Assembly (NCBI GenBank): GCA_013265495.1
Contig: MU058337.1
Location: forward strand, 6,244,716 to 6,308,715
Reading direction: 5' to 3'
Source: Vicugna vicugna
Taxonomy: Eukaryota
Length of the DNA stretch: 64,000 nt
The position numbers and the translations under genes were made by a program. Below, piece by piece: positions 21,101 to 34,239 of the stretch. Position 1 is the first letter of the stretch; the number at the start of each line of letters is the position of its first letter. The notes beneath the pieces were generated by a model, which was given only the letters and a program-made list of their open reading frames with translations, searched no databases and had not been told where the DNA came from.

Positions 21101-24084
21101 GGATGTGCGTGAAATCACATCCATTTCAGCTGCCTGAGGCTGAGCGGAGAGAGGAGAGAGCGAGCGAGGAGGTGCCGGCCTGGCGTGTGCGGAGGCAGCT
21201 CACTGGGCGTCCGGGCTGCAAAAGTGCTTCAATTTGGGGACTGCAGCCCCAGGAGCAGCTCTACCAGCGAGTGGTTAGCGAGCGGGGGGAGTTGCTGAAA
21301 GCCCGGCCAGAACCTGCGCGTGCGTGCGGGGTGATGCGAGTAATGGCCCCGCGAGGAGTCGTGATTCCTTTCGAGTGTAATCATCTTTCCCCACACCCCG
21401 CAGCTCCCACCAAGTACCCCGCGGGTGGTAGGAATCTCGGCTCTCAGGGCCAGAAACCTGGGCAACGCGTCCCTGCATCCTTGCCCGGGACCCGATTTCC
21501 GCTCCAACTTGGAGAAGTCCCTCTGGCACAGGAAACACTCAACTTCTGCGGGAGATCCCAGCTCAGGAAATGGAGGGGCTCCGGGGAGGGCCGGGGGAGG
21601 CAAGGGGTCACTGATGATCTGGCTCCGGTTCTCTCAGGAGCAGGCAAGTGTGCACAGCTGTGAGGTTAGGAAAAGGACCAGGGGACACACACCCCAAGAG
21701 TGGGCTTCCAGATAAAATCGGTAGTCCCGGAGGGTCCTTGAGGTTAGTGGACCTCGTGTATCTGTAAATTTTTAAGGAGAGGGTCTTGAATTTCTCCACT
21801 GGTTTTTGTGGTCAGGCCTGTTTGATTCAGGATAATTTTTGGAGGCAGTGAATGTGTGAAGGTGGTTGTTAGGTTGTTGATTTTATGACCTGTGGTTTCC
21901 ATGTAGACTGAATCAGTGTTGGGAGGGTTTATACTCGAGTGGCCCAGAGAGAAGGTGGCGCATGATGAGAGCTGTCCTGGGGTAGGAGTGGGAAGCGGAG
22001 GGTTGAGGTGTGGCCCCAAGGCCTGGCTGTGATTGTGCCCCTGGGAATGGCAGCTTATGTTGCCTGGGACCCTCACTCCGCTTTCCTGAGGCCTCCAGTT
22101 GAGTGAGCCTGTACCCATGATAGAACCTTGAATTGCAGGGACCCCACTGAGATCCCCAGCTGCTGCTGACCCACCCTGGATAGTCTGAGAACTTGGGTCA
22201 GCCTGAAAAACATGAAATGGATCCAGAGAAGGACCATCAAGCAGCAGGGCAACCATCCCAGAGAAGCACCTTTTAAAATACAAAAGCACTTTGCCACTTT
22301 GCATATTTCTCTTGACCCCCCGGCCCCCAGAGTGATCCATGCTGTTGTAGTTAAAATGGTCAAGCTTCCAGAATAATTACCAGCAAAAGCAAATATGTAT
22401 GCACAAAGCAAAATACAGTTTTCTCAGATATGTCTCCAAACACTGTAAACATCAACACTCCTTAGAGTCTGTGGTACACATCTCTGCTCTGATACAATGA
22501 ATACTTGTGCATGTCAAATGTACACTTGATCAGAGAAGTCTCTACACACACACGGTTACAGCACATTTACATCCAACCTTGCAAATGATCAAGGCCTACC
22601 CATCCTGGATGTAACCAAATTTAGGCCAGCCTTGAAGGAAGCAAAAGTGAGAAAGACTCCTTTAAAAATAAAATGTAATTCAGCCCTGACTTCTCTCTCT
22701 ACTTCTCCTGTCCTCCCCACTCCCTGCCCCTTCGACACCATTTAATAAAATAAATCAGAGAGAGAAAAGAAAATCTGGGTGCTGGCTGCAAAGTTTTCTC
22801 AGAGATATTCAGAGTTTGCATCTCTCTCCTTGCTCCAAGGCGCAACAGCTTTGAACCCATTAGCTGGCTCACATCTCAGACTCTGTTCTGCCTCTGTCTT
22901 TACTGGGCTGCATGTCACCAGCATCCTCCCTTCACAGTAGGAGCCCTGTGCTCTGCTCCCCACCTCCTGCCAGGGCCTGGCAGGAGGTGTGGGACCCTTC
23001 TAGCCTGCTCCCCTAATTTGTCTGGGGTCTTTGCCATCGGGCCCCTCAGTCTGAAAACAAACAGGCATCACACTCACGTTCTGTCCTCGTCTCCATGGCA
23101 GGCTCTGAACAGGCTTGTGTCCTCATCAGCTGCACGTAGCATCTTCCTGACCTGCAGGGAGAAGGCCTGCCATGACGTATTGTAGACATAAAGCTGGTTC
23201 AAAGCTTGTGTGATGGACCCAGGAGCTCTTGGCAGCCTGGCTTTGGGTAATGCCCTGTAAGGGAAACTTGAGGGAGGTCCCAGGGGAGATTTGGATTGGG
23301 AGGGATCATGTGAACATTTGTGTCCTTTTAGGGGTGAGGGCAAAGGTTGGACTGCTCTGGCCACTTCTTAAATAAACTGACCCCAAAGTGCAAGCATTAG
23401 AAAAACCTGTAGCCTACGTGGAGCATCTGCTTGTTACTGAGAGAAACTTCTGGGTAGGCACAGGCAGCCCTTTCTGCCTTCAGGTCCAACAGCACAGGTT
23501 GTTCCCTGCTTGTATCTGGGAAGGGTAAAATCAGGAGTGATTCCTGGCAAGTGCTTCTAAGGAGGGAGGAACCCCGGAAGACAGAGGGGCGAGTCCAGGA
23601 AAAGTCTGCAGTCCAGCCAGCACCACCCCTCCCCACATTACTCTGACTTTCTAGACCCTTTCTAGTCACCCCTTAAATCAGAGGGCTGGGGTGGTCCGGA
23701 GGCAGAAAAGTGCCTTGAAAGAAATTTAGGGTCCTTGCCCCTGGCAAGGAAATTGCACTGTTGATTTTCTGAGATTCCTCTAATCTGAAAAATGCCTGTT
23801 AGGAAGGAGCCGAGAAATCACATCATGAAAAATACCCTTCTTAATTCTTACATTCTTTTAATGGGACAGCTTCCCTGGGTCGCATGTGTATCTTCGAGAA
23901 TTGTAGACACAAAACTTCCCATTTCCTTAAAGGCAAAGGAAGCCCAGCATGGGTCCTGGGGGAGCCGGGGCCAGCCTCCCTCTGAGGCCCTGGGGAGGTT
24001 GCTGGGGCCCTGTGTTGGGGACTCCAGTAGGAGAGGACGAGGGAAGTTGTAGAGAAGTCTAATGTCCCTTTCTCAATTTAAAAA

Positions 24085-24560
24085 AATTCTGGTAAAATAT
24101 GTATAACAGGATATTTATCATCCAAACCATATTTAAGTATACAGTTTTGTGGCATTAAGTACATTTACACTGTGTAACTGTCACCACCATCCATCTCCAG
24201 AACTTTTTTTATCTTCTCAGACTCTGTACCCATTAAACACTAACTCCCCTTTCCATCCCACTCCACGGCTCCAGCCACTGAAAACCTGTATTCTACCCTG
24301 TCTCTATGAATCTGACTACTCTAGGTATCGCATATAAGTATAATCATACAGTATCTGTGTCTGGCTTATTTCACTGAGCATAATGTCCACAAAGTTCATC
24401 CATGCTGTAGTGTGCCTTAGAAATCTAGTCCTCTTTATGGCTGAATAATATTCCAGTGCATGATTATATACTATTTTGTTTATCTGTTCATCTGGGAATG
24501 GGCATTTGGGGTGTTCCTACCTTTTGGCTATTGTGAATAATGATGCTAGGAAAATGGGTA
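24085..24560 (-). mobile_element. Old LINE-1 3' end fragment (L1MB-like)
   Basis: Antisense L1M terminus ggtaaaatat...gtggcattaagtacatttacac...caccatccatctccagaac, then ctggcttatttcactgagcataatgtcc and tttggctattgtgaataatgatgct. Confidence 0.85.
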
Positions 24561-27500
24561 TGCTCCCAGGCTTTATATGTACCTATGTACCTATACGGTA
24601 TACTTTTAAAAGAACTGGTATAAAACACTTTAAAGGAGAGCCTCAGCCAAGAACCTAGAAAACAGGATTTCTCACTTGGATCTGGCTCTCTGAGGTCAAC
24701 AAAATGCAGCTGGGACTCAAGGGAGAGCGAAAGTATTGTTTTGGTATTCCCATCTGTGTGTGCACACACACGTGTGTGTGTCCAGCCCTACCCAGTGCTG
24801 CTGCTTCACAGGAAGTATTAACGCATTAATATTATCAATAGCAGGCTGTGCCTGAGCCATTAGAGATTTATGAAAACATCTGAAGCAAGTCGTTTCAAAG
24901 CACTGATTTGTTTTATGGTCAGCATTACATTTTATGACAGGCTCTTGTGCCAGCAAAATGAGCGTATAAGCATCATACACAGCTCAGTAGACGGAAACCT
25001 GTGCCCTGTGCTGCCCTGCAAATTCGTGTTCCAGACCCCTTGGGACACTTCTGCAGTCTGCAGGCAAATACTGAGCCGTTGCTGAAGGGTCAGCCCAGAA
25101 CTGGGTAGCAGGTGTGCCCCCCACTTACATTTTCAGCTGCGGAAGAACTGTGGCCCCTTCCCTTGTCTGGCATTTTGCTCAAACCTAGAACACAATGAGC
25201 AAGGCCAAACATTTTCCTGGCCGCTATTCTGTGGTGATGTTTTTCAGCCCTGTTTTGCCAGAGTTTCACAGGGCAAATTCTCTAGTTCCGGAGGCTTCTC
25301 GGCCCTACTTGGAACAGCGGCGCCCTGCCCAAGCTGAAGGGCAAGCGGGTTCCTCGGAGGAGATGGATGTGTGTTTCTCAGCTGCGCTTTTGTTCAGACC
25401 TCCCCTCCCTTCCCCCTGCCCCCATCCCTTCCCCTACCATCAACCAGAAAAGGAGGCTGTGATGTGTGTGGTGGACTGGGTGAGGGAGGGGGCACACCCA
25501 AAGCTGGGATTTGTGGGTCTCCTCCCATGAGCCCCTCCCTGGGACAGGAGAGAGCACTAGAAAGTTCCTTCTCCACGTTCCCAGGGAGCAGGGTTTGTAA
25601 TATTTTACAGCAGCTGTTTAACATTTCCCTACCTAGTTATTAAACACGAAAGGGAGTAAATTAAAATGGCAAAGTAAAATGAAATAAAAGGCGTCTTTTC
25701 TTTCTGTAAAGAGACAACACCTAATTAAGGAATATTTGAATCCCACAAAAATGCAGACTCTCATGGGTGACATAAAACTTCTCCTTTTAAACCAGGAACA
25801 AAACCCAGAAAATTGGGGACCGGCCCAAGAGGTAGTCCCTTGAAACAAAAAGCTCCTTACTTTGAGAATTTTGACTGCTTTTCCCTTCCTTTTCTCCTCT
25901 TTCACAGTCCTGGGGAAGGATTAAATGCAGAGGAGGCCTCTGAGTTAAAGTTTTCTGGGCAGCGCCCAGCCCAGAGCCTGGTCCCCTCTCCCGGCCCCCC
26001 GCCCCTCCCCCGCGGCTCTCTGGCCTGACTCAGTTCTATCCCAGTTTCCCTCTTTTGTCCTCTCACGGCTCTGTTTTGATGTTTTGTTTTGTTTTGCAAC
26101 TGTTTCTCTGGCTTCCCCATCTTTTGGGGGAGTCCGCCCCCATCTTCTGTTTCCCTCAACCTCCCCGAGCTCAGAGAGTGGTACCTTCTGCTTTTTCTCC
26201 TGGGCTCTTATCTGGTTCTTGATTAGATAACTGCAGCTTTGGCTTCCTCCAGCACGGTTCCACCCCAGGTCCTGCCCAGCCCGAGCCCCACCTTCCTGCG
26301 CTGCCGTGGGCTCCTTATCCCATCGGAAGCCTGGCTTTGACCTTTGCTCTCCGCTTGCCACTTAGGAGCTCTCCTGCGGCACCTGTGGGGAATAAAACTC
26401 TGTAAACGTTAAGGGGCTCTCAGCCCCATGGATTTGGATGGAAGAAGCTGGCTTGGCTCAGGCAGGAAACCTGCCTCCTGCCTTCGTTCCCCTCGGGCAG
26501 GCGTTCCGGGAGGAAGCAGAGGCAGGGAGCGCTCACAGCAGGACGGAGCTCTTCCCAGAGTGGCTACTCAGTTCCTTCCCTCTCCCCGTAGTTGTCCTTT
26601 TAGGAGTGTCTTTCTTGCTGTTTCGTCCTACCATTTGGGGGAACGCAAAGATAGCTGCGGGGAGGCTTTAAAAAATATGGATCAACGTGTCTTGAAATGT
26701 CTACTTAAAGAGCTTCTTAGTCACACCCCGCCCCAAGCTTGCCTTTCTGAGATTACTGTAGGTTTTTGATACTTTGAGAGCCCTGCAGAATTTCCCCCAA
26801 CATCACAATGCATAGGATAGAGCCAGAGGTGCCCAGATTCCTGCTTCTTAAACAGTAGAAGGAAATCATGTTTTCCTTTCAAGAAATAAGGAGGGAGGCT
26901 GTTTTGTTGGCATTTCCCTTTGGGGATGGAGCCTGTGTCAGGCTTTACCTTTTAAAAGGGTAGAAGCAGATGCCACCAAAGTGGGGTGTAACAGAAACAG
27001 TGTCTGGTCTTCCCTGATCTGCTGGGGAAACATTTGTGCAGCTACCTCTGCCCTCTTAGCTGCCTTAGTCCTACCTGCTTTTTTCTTTACTGAAATGTGT
27101 AGGTAGAAACAGTTTTTTAATGTTCTTTAATTCCCTTCATCTACATTAAAATGCATTGCATGTAATTTTTCTGAGTAAAACCCTGGGTAGTGATTTTAGA
27201 AGATGGATCATGGGAATAGAAATATTTTACATCAGTGTTCTGTCCACCCGACAGTCTAAGCTTCACACGTGTATTAACTGACTTGATTTACCTTCTGCTT
27301 CTCTAAAGTAGAGTGGGTAAGCTTTGTTATTCTCCTTTCAGGGGTGAGGAAATTGATGCAAGAGGTTAAGCTCACACAGTAGTAAGTTTAGAGCCAATGA
27401 GTTCATCTTTTTTTTTTTTTGGTTTGTTTGTTTTTTAACCAAAGCATAATGGACAGAAATAAAAAAAAAAATAGAAAGAAAGTGATATGGTGATTTGGTG

Positions 27501-27839
27501 ACGGATCTCTCACATTTTCTGATATAACAGGATCAGCGATGAGCATGGTTCCATCAGTTGCTCTCCTTCAAAAAAGCATCCTTCTTTACACGGATGGGTG
27601 AACAGAAAAAAATGGATGTTTGCCCCACCCTATTCCTAAGCAACACTCCAGGCTGTGGTATGTCTTTGATGTACAGTATAATCTTTCCACTGAGAAGGCT
27701 CTCATCATCTTTTCCACTGAAATTCACCTTATCTCAAAAGTGAGCCCTTCCGTCATCCCTGTCTCTAGTCCCATGTGATCACTCCTTTGAATGCTAGTGG
27801 CCACACCTACAGGGTCCTCTGTAGCCCTGTGCTTTGCTT

Positions 27840-28030
27840 AACGTAACTCATCTACATCCATAGCAAGGCTATGAAGCAGATGCTTTCATTACCCACCTCC
27901 ATGTAACAGATGAGGAAACTGAAGCACAGAAAGATTAAAAAGCAAGTTGAAAGTGATGCCACTGGAAGTGGCTGAGCTGGGACTCAAACCTCTCTAGTCT
28001 GGGCCCCAGAGCCCACGTTCCTGACCCTTC
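27840..28030 (-). mobile_element. MIR SINE
   Basis: Core acagatgaggaaactgaagcacaga...gagctgggactcaaacc. Confidence 0.75.
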
Positions 28031-28670
28031 TATGGTGCTGCCTTTCAGCCCTTATACTGTTAGGCACCTTGCATGCATTAGCTCACAATGCAATGAGTGG
28101 GATGCTGTACCATCTCCCTATAGCACAGGTCCTATTCTGCCTAAGGTGTGTAAAAGCACATTTTATCCTTATGTGATTGTCTGCTTGAGGGGGGTGACTG
28201 TGTTCATCAGTTTTAAATGTCCTATAGTATCCATTGCTTATACAATGAACATGCTTGATACTCATATTTTTGGAATCAAGCAAAATCAACTGGAAAATAG
28301 TTTGTTCCCAAGTATCCATTGAGTACCACCTATGCAATTAGGTCTTGGTGAGCAAGTCAGAAAAGATTCTTCTTCTCAAGAAACTTAATTTTGGTGGGGA
28401 AAACATATGACAAACATAAAATAAGAAAGCCATTTGGTAGGACATTTGGAAAATTAAAATGGGATACGATAGAGAGTGACGGGGTGGAGGTACAACTTCA
28501 GAACGGTGATCAGAAAGGACTTCTCTGAGAAAATAAGGTCTAAAGTGGGCTATGAATGACAAGGAGTGAGCCACGCAGAGAAGAGGAAGGGCATTCCAGG
28601 TCAAGGAAATGGTTTGTGCAAAGGCCCTGAGGCAGGAAGGGGACTGGTGCCTACTTTCTTTAGCAACTTG

Positions 28671-29259
28671 CAGGATTTCTCAACGTTAGCGCTTGTCTTA
28701 GTCAGCTTGGGCAACTATAACAAAATAACAGATATTTATGTTGGCTTTAATGACAAATATTCATTTCTCACAGTTCTGAAGGCTGAGAAGTCCAAGATCA
28801 AGCTGCTGGCAGATTTGGTATCTGTTGAAGGCCTCTTCCTGATCTGCAGGCAGCCACCTTCTTGCTGTGTCTTCACATGGAAGAGAGAGTCTCCTCCTCT
28901 TCTTATATGGGAGCTAATTTCATTATGGGCTCCACCTTTATGACCTCACTTAAACGTAATTATATCCCAAAGGCCGTATGTCCAAATATTATCACATTGG
29001 GGACTAGAGCTTCAACATACGAATTTGGGGGCACACAAATATTCAGGCCATAGCAGCACTGTCGACATCTTTGGCCAGATGGTTCTCTGTCTGGGGGCTT
29101 CCCTGTGCCTTTGGAAGGTTTAGCAGCATCCCGGCACACTCAGCCTCTACACATTAGATTCCAATAGTAACCTCCTCCCTCTAAACTGTGACAAGCCAAA
29201 TGTCTCTTCCAGACATTGCCAAGTGTCCCCTGAGGCAAAATCACTGAGTATGAGGACCA
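28671..29259. mobile_element. MER20-like hAT element split by an LTR (pieces 28671-28693 and 29056-29259)
   Basis: Terminus caggatttctcaac; the body resumes gtcgacatctttggccagat...tttagcagcatcc...ccagacattgccaagtgtcccctg. Confidence 0.85.
28694..29055 (-). mobile_element. Solo MaLR LTR (MLT1A-like), 362 bp
   Basis: TG...CA ends (tgtcttagtc...ggccatagca), internal tttctcacagttctgaaggctgagaagtccaagatcaag, and a 5-bp target duplication GCGCT/GCACT. Confidence 0.88.
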
Positions 29260-30212
29260 GAAAGGATGGCCAGAGTAGCTAGGGCATGGTGAATGAGATG
29301 GAATATGGTTCATGAGGTTGGAGAGAGGCAGGCTGGACTCAGATCATGTAAGGCGTTTAGATGTTATTGGAGGTTGGAAGGCCATGGGCAGGGTTTTAGC
29401 TGGGGCATGGAGTGATGTAATTTATTTTTGAGGGGGGAAGGGAAGAGTCTGGCTGTTTCATTGGGGGCAGAAAGGGAGCCAGAGGTCCTGGGAGCAAGCT
29501 ATTGTAGTGGTCTAGGTGATGGGGGATGGAGATTGAGAAAAATGGACAGATTCGGGGTGTGTTTCAGATGAACGGCTGACACCATTTGCAGAATCAACAG
29601 TGAGAGATGCGGGAGAGAAGGACCGAGGGAATGACTAATGATTTGAGTCCAGGGATGGGGGGGGTAACACTGCCATTTGAAAGGTCTTAGCTGCTTTGAG
29701 ACAGAAAGCCATCCATGTGGAGGTGCCAGGTAGACGAGAGAATAAAAATCTGAAGACCCTCAGCAGACAGAGGAGGAACAGAGAAGGATCCAGATGGAGC
29801 TCTCAGTGGGGTAGGAGAGGACAGTGCTGTGGAAATCACAGGTGCACAAGAAGGCTGAGTGGTCATTTGACTGGATGACAGATCTCATTTATGTCCTTTC
29901 TGTGGACAACCTCTGTGGACAGGTGAAGATGGAAGGCTGACTGGGTGGGTGAGGCGAGGAGAGAGTGACATAGAAACTTTCAAGATGACGGCTGTGAAGG
30001 GAACAGAGTGTGGGCCATAGCAGGGAGGCCAGGGTCACAGGTGGTTTCTCAAGACTTGGTGGGACATATTTGTGTGCTGGTGTCTGTGACCTGGGGCGAG
30101 GGTTGGGAAGGGAGAATAGAGAAAGACTGCAAAGGTTGTTGGCGTGGAAGCAAGAGGAAATCCTGCAGAAAGCCCTTGAGTGGGATCCTGAACCCAAGTT
30201 GGGGGGGGTTCT

Positions 30213-30385
30213 ACTGTGGTAAAATATATGTGACATTTGCCATTGTAGCTATTTGAAGCATACACTTCAGGGGTATTAGTTACATTCACAACTTTGTACA
30301 ACCAGATTGTACCATTTCCAGAACTCTTTCATCACCTCAGACTAAAAGTCTAACCATTAAGCAACAATTCCCCAGTCCTTTCGCC
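30213..30385 (-). mobile_element. L1M 3' terminal fragment
   Basis: tgtggtaaaatatatgtgacatttgccatt...tacattcacaactttgtacaacc...ttccagaactctttcatcacc. Confidence 0.75.
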
Positions 30386-30714
30386 CCGAGGGGAGTTTTT
30401 GTTAAGAACAGGACATTTCGTCCTCAGTAACAGGAGGGAAGGCGCAGGTGGCGGCTAGAAGTAGGGGTGTCGACGGGAAGGTAAGGGGGTTTCTATATGA
30501 TTGCTTGCATTTTCTCCTTGAAGCTCAAGGGTGAGGAAAGGCTGCGTGAGCATGTGGGAGGAGGCGGGAGAAAGTGTGAAACAGTCATTTGGAGAGTGGG
30601 AAAGTGAAAAACCAGGGATTTGTATTTGGATTGATGGCCAGTGTCAAATGTCCACTTGCTATTTGTGTCCTTGAAACTGAACTGACAAGCCAACAACATT
30701 GAGTGTTTTTTGAA

Positions 30715-30920
30715 CTCTTTATTGTGGTAAAATGTACATGACATAAAATTTACCATTTTAACCATTTCCAGGTGTACAGTTCTGTGGCATTAAGTCCATT
30801 CAAACTGTTGTGCAACCATCACCGCCATCCTTCTCCAGAACTTTTTCATTGTCCCAAACTGAAACTCTACATCCATGAACCAGTACCTCCTGATCCCCCT
30901 CCTCCAGCCCCTGGGAACTG
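30715..30920 (-). mobile_element. L1MB-like 3' terminal fragment
   Basis: tttattgtggtaaaatgtacatgacataaaatttaccattttaacc...ctccagaactttttcattgtcccaaactgaaactct. Confidence 0.85.
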
Positions 30921-32054
30921 CAGGTGGAGTGTTTCTCTCCAGCAGTGATGGGGGCAGACGGGGCAGGGGTGGACCATTGAGGACACAGGCTTGAGAGGGA
31001 GAGGAGAGCAAGGGGCTTAGCAGTCCTGGTGAGGTGGGGGTGGGGACCATGTAACTCCGCAGGATATGTCAGGGGATTGGCGGGGGTCACAAAGAGTGGC
31101 CAGTGATGTCTTTGGTGCCCCAGAGATCGTGCTAGCTTCTTTCTCTGCCTTTCTCATGATGCCGTAGGTGGCAGGAGTCAAACCTCATTTCAACTTGATT
31201 CATTAATGTGGTCCCCTGTTGCTCTTGACACCCTGAAGAATGTTCTGCAGAAGAGCCCAAAACGGCCACTTGAGTCACCTGGCATTTTCCCCTCCCCCTC
31301 CACGCCACGGGTCCCTAGGATACACGCACCCAATTAGGTAAGATGAGAGGCATATGGTGTTTATTTGGGGAAAGAGGTACATTTTCTATGAATAGCACAG
31401 CTATGTGAACAGACAGGCTGACAGATGATTCCACTTTATCTAATCACACAATATGGGCACCCACACTGTGTGAAAACCCCCAAAGCTTCAGGAACTTGCA
31501 GGCGTCCTCCTTGCTTTCTGCATCTCAGCCCTTGCTTTTCCTTCAAAACTGACGCAGAGGTGGAAAGGCCCTTTCTCAGCGCTGTGGGCTCTATACTCAG
31601 AAGATTCCTCGGCGCCCACCTCCTTGGCGCTCCGCACATGGCTGGGCTGCTTCCTGCCCGTGGGTGAGATCGCCTCCTCTTCCCAGTACACTGGTCATCC
31701 TTGCGGCGACTGTGTTCTCTGATTTTGTGCATACTTTTTCTTTTTTTGGCCTATAGATTCTATTCCTGAAAGAGGCACGTGTACTGTGTATAAGGCTGCA
31801 CCGTAGAGGGGAGTGTTGGTCTAGGCCACTTCCCACGGCACAGACGCCCTCGTGAGAAGTCAGAGAGCCGCCAGGGGTGGGTGGGTTTCCCATAATGGAG
31901 GCAGCCAGGGCAGGTCACATCTTACATGGTAACACTGGGTTAACTGATTGATAGATAAGCCTCGTCTCACACAGAGTTATGTTTCCAGTAATACGTTAGA
32001 AGACATAGGACAGCATCCAAATGGCCCTAGAGTGCCTCATGGCTACCTCGAATT

Positions 32055-32248
32055 GTGTATCAGCAACACGGAGCTTTCTGTGATGATGAGGTTCTGTACT
32101 GTGCTGTCCAGTGTGGTAGCTTCTAGAGTTCTGTGCCTGTTGAACTCCTGAAATGTGGCTAGTGCCACAGAGACACTGACATCTCAATTTTATTTAACTT
32201 GAATTTAAATGGCCACATGGGGCTAACAGCTGCCGTGTTGGACCGTGG
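32055..32248. mobile_element. MER3-like hAT element
   Basis: ctttctgtgatgatg...tgtgctgtccagtgtggtagc...gaaatgtggctagtg...ttaaatggccacatggggcta. Confidence 0.75.
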
Positions 32249-32479
32249 AGTTTGTAGTAGGTACCAACCTACTAATCCCTTACCAGCTTTTCAATTAACG
32301 TAACATAATTTTAGTTAGGTTTACTCAGTATCCAAATGATGCTGATTGTCTTTGGCTGTGAGTAACAGGAACCTGAATAACCAGGGCCACCCTGGTAAGG
32401 GATTTATGTTTCTCCCATAACAAGAAGGGCCACAGTAGGCAGCGGAGGACTGGAAATGGAGATGGAAAAAGAGCAAAAA

Positions 32480-33050
32480 GGCAAACAAAAAGCTTTGCGA
32501 AGTCAAAATGGTACAACTCCCATGGCAGAGAAGCTGGCAAGAGAGAGCGCAATTATGTATATTATTACCCTTCAACCCGGTAACCCCACTTCTAGGAAGC
32601 TGTCCCAAATAGAAAATGACTCACGCATGAGATTAGTCACTGTGGCATTACTGATGAGTAAAACAACTGGAAGTAACCCAAGTGTCTATCAATAGGAACT
32701 GTTTGGATAATCCATGAGGTGGCCGCATAACTGCATACTATGCAGTAAAAAGAAGATGGGGAAGCACCGCATGCACAGCTGTGGAGGGATCACCAGGTTT
32801 CAAGAATATGAACTTAAAAAAGGACAAGGAGGACAACGTAGATATAGATATACTGATATATATCCTATTGTGAAAAAAGAAGGAAAGAAATACACAGACA
32901 TTTGCTTATATTTGCAAGGGAAACAAAGAAACACATCTACATCTAAAGGGGGAGGATGGAACAGATGTCAGGGGCGGGGATGGAGGTAAGACCACTGTGA
33001 ATGGACCTTATTTCATACTTTTGAATTTCAAATCATGTAATGTTTTCATA
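32480..33050 (+). mobile_element. Highly diverged L1ME-like fragment
   Basis: acccttcaacccggtaaccccacttctagga...aaacaactggaagtaacccaagtgtctatcaatagga. Confidence 0.6.
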
Positions 33051-33689
33051 TCTCAAAACTAAAACAAGAAGCCATTGAAGAAAAGAAGCCTCACCTAGAC
33101 ATTTTCTCTTTCTGTTCCTTGACGAGGATTGGGTCGTGTGGCTACACCAGGCTGCCAGGGCGTGTGGGAGGTCTGTTTTCCTGGGCAGGTGACCCCTCCA
33201 AACCCAGCCAGGATTTGGTAAAAGAGGAAGCAGGGGAGGGACCAGACCACGGGCAGCACCCATGCAGGGTCTGTCCTCGCTACTCCACATGCCAGTGAAC
33301 ACAGCCTGGACTGGGAATGTCCGTGGCTGTGACTGCTTCAGGGCCAGGAGGCCAGCCCTGACTCCTGTGCCTCTACCATGCACAGCTGTCCTGGTGGCTC
33401 TATGGGGACCATCTGGTAATTTCTTCCTTGCAAGCCAGGTAGGGTGAGGCCATTTTCATCATCTTCTTTCTGCACAGCAGGAAGCCAAATGCAGGGTGAC
33501 TAGGTAACTTTCCCAAGGCAGTGAATGAATGGCAGGGGACAGACAGGGACCCTCATCTGCTGCTCAGCCTGAAGTCCAGCCCCACAAGGCACTGCCTTCT
33601 CGCTATGACCAGTGGAAAAATTCACTGCAATGTCACATGTTCTCTTACAGAAAAGAGATTTGAAAACAATCACGTTTAGAAGTATCTAA

Positions 33690-34200
33690 CAACTCTAACT
33701 CCACTACTAGGTACTGGAATTGGAACACAGGAACTGGAAACAGGGACTCAGTCAGATATCTGCACACCCATGGTCAGAGCAGCACTGCTCACCACAGCCA
33801 AAAAGTGGAGACAACTCAAGTGTCCATCACCAGATGAATGGACCAAATATGGTGTATACATACAGTGGAGTATTACTTAGCCAGAAAGAGGGAGGAAATT
33901 CTGACACATGCTATAACAGGGAAGAACCTTGAGGGCTCAGTGAAATAAGCCAGACACCAAGGGACAAATATTGTATGATTTCACTTAAATGAAGTAACAG
34001 AGTAGTCAAGTTCATAGAGACAGAAAGTTGAATAGAGGTTATCAGGGGCTGAGGGGGATGATGAAAAAGTTCTGGAACTAGATGGTGGTGGTGGCACAGA
34101 ACATTGTAAATGTACTTAATGCCACTGAAACAAACACTTAAAAATCATTAAAACGGTAAAATTTATAATATGGATATTTTACCACAATTAAAAAAAAAAG
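33690..34200 (+). mobile_element. L1MB-like 3' end with residual poly(A)
   Basis: cacagccaaaaagtgg...agtgaaataagccagacaccaagggacaaatattgtatgatt...tgtacttaatgccactgaa...ttttaccacaattaaaaaaaaaa. Confidence 0.88.
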
Positions 34201-34239
34201 TGTTGTTATGAGCAGGATAATGTCTACAACAGGATGAAA

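Larger units (their letters stand above)
19940..21620. promoter_or_regulatory. Orphan CpG island downstream of ZIC5
   Basis: High GC and CpG density with no credible coding ORF. Confidence 0.8.
28300..30700 (-). mobile_element. Degraded LINE-2, interrupted by MER20/MLT1 and L1 fragments
   Basis: L2 antisense motifs such as gatcagaaaggacttctctgag and ggcattccaggtcaaggaaatggtttgtgcaaaggccctgaggcaggaa, resuming after about 29260 (gaggttggagagaggcagg...cagatcatgtaagg). The right boundary is uncertain. Confidence 0.65.

Noticed and set aside
21013..22340. ORFs of 216 aa (+) and 198 aa (-)
   Set aside because: Non-ATG starts, the first opens in a TG repeat, and neither resembles a protein family I recognise.
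24754..24781. Overlapping palindromes tgtgtgtgcacacacacgtgtgtgtgt
   Set aside because: Short microsatellite-derived symmetry, common by chance in TG/CA repeats.
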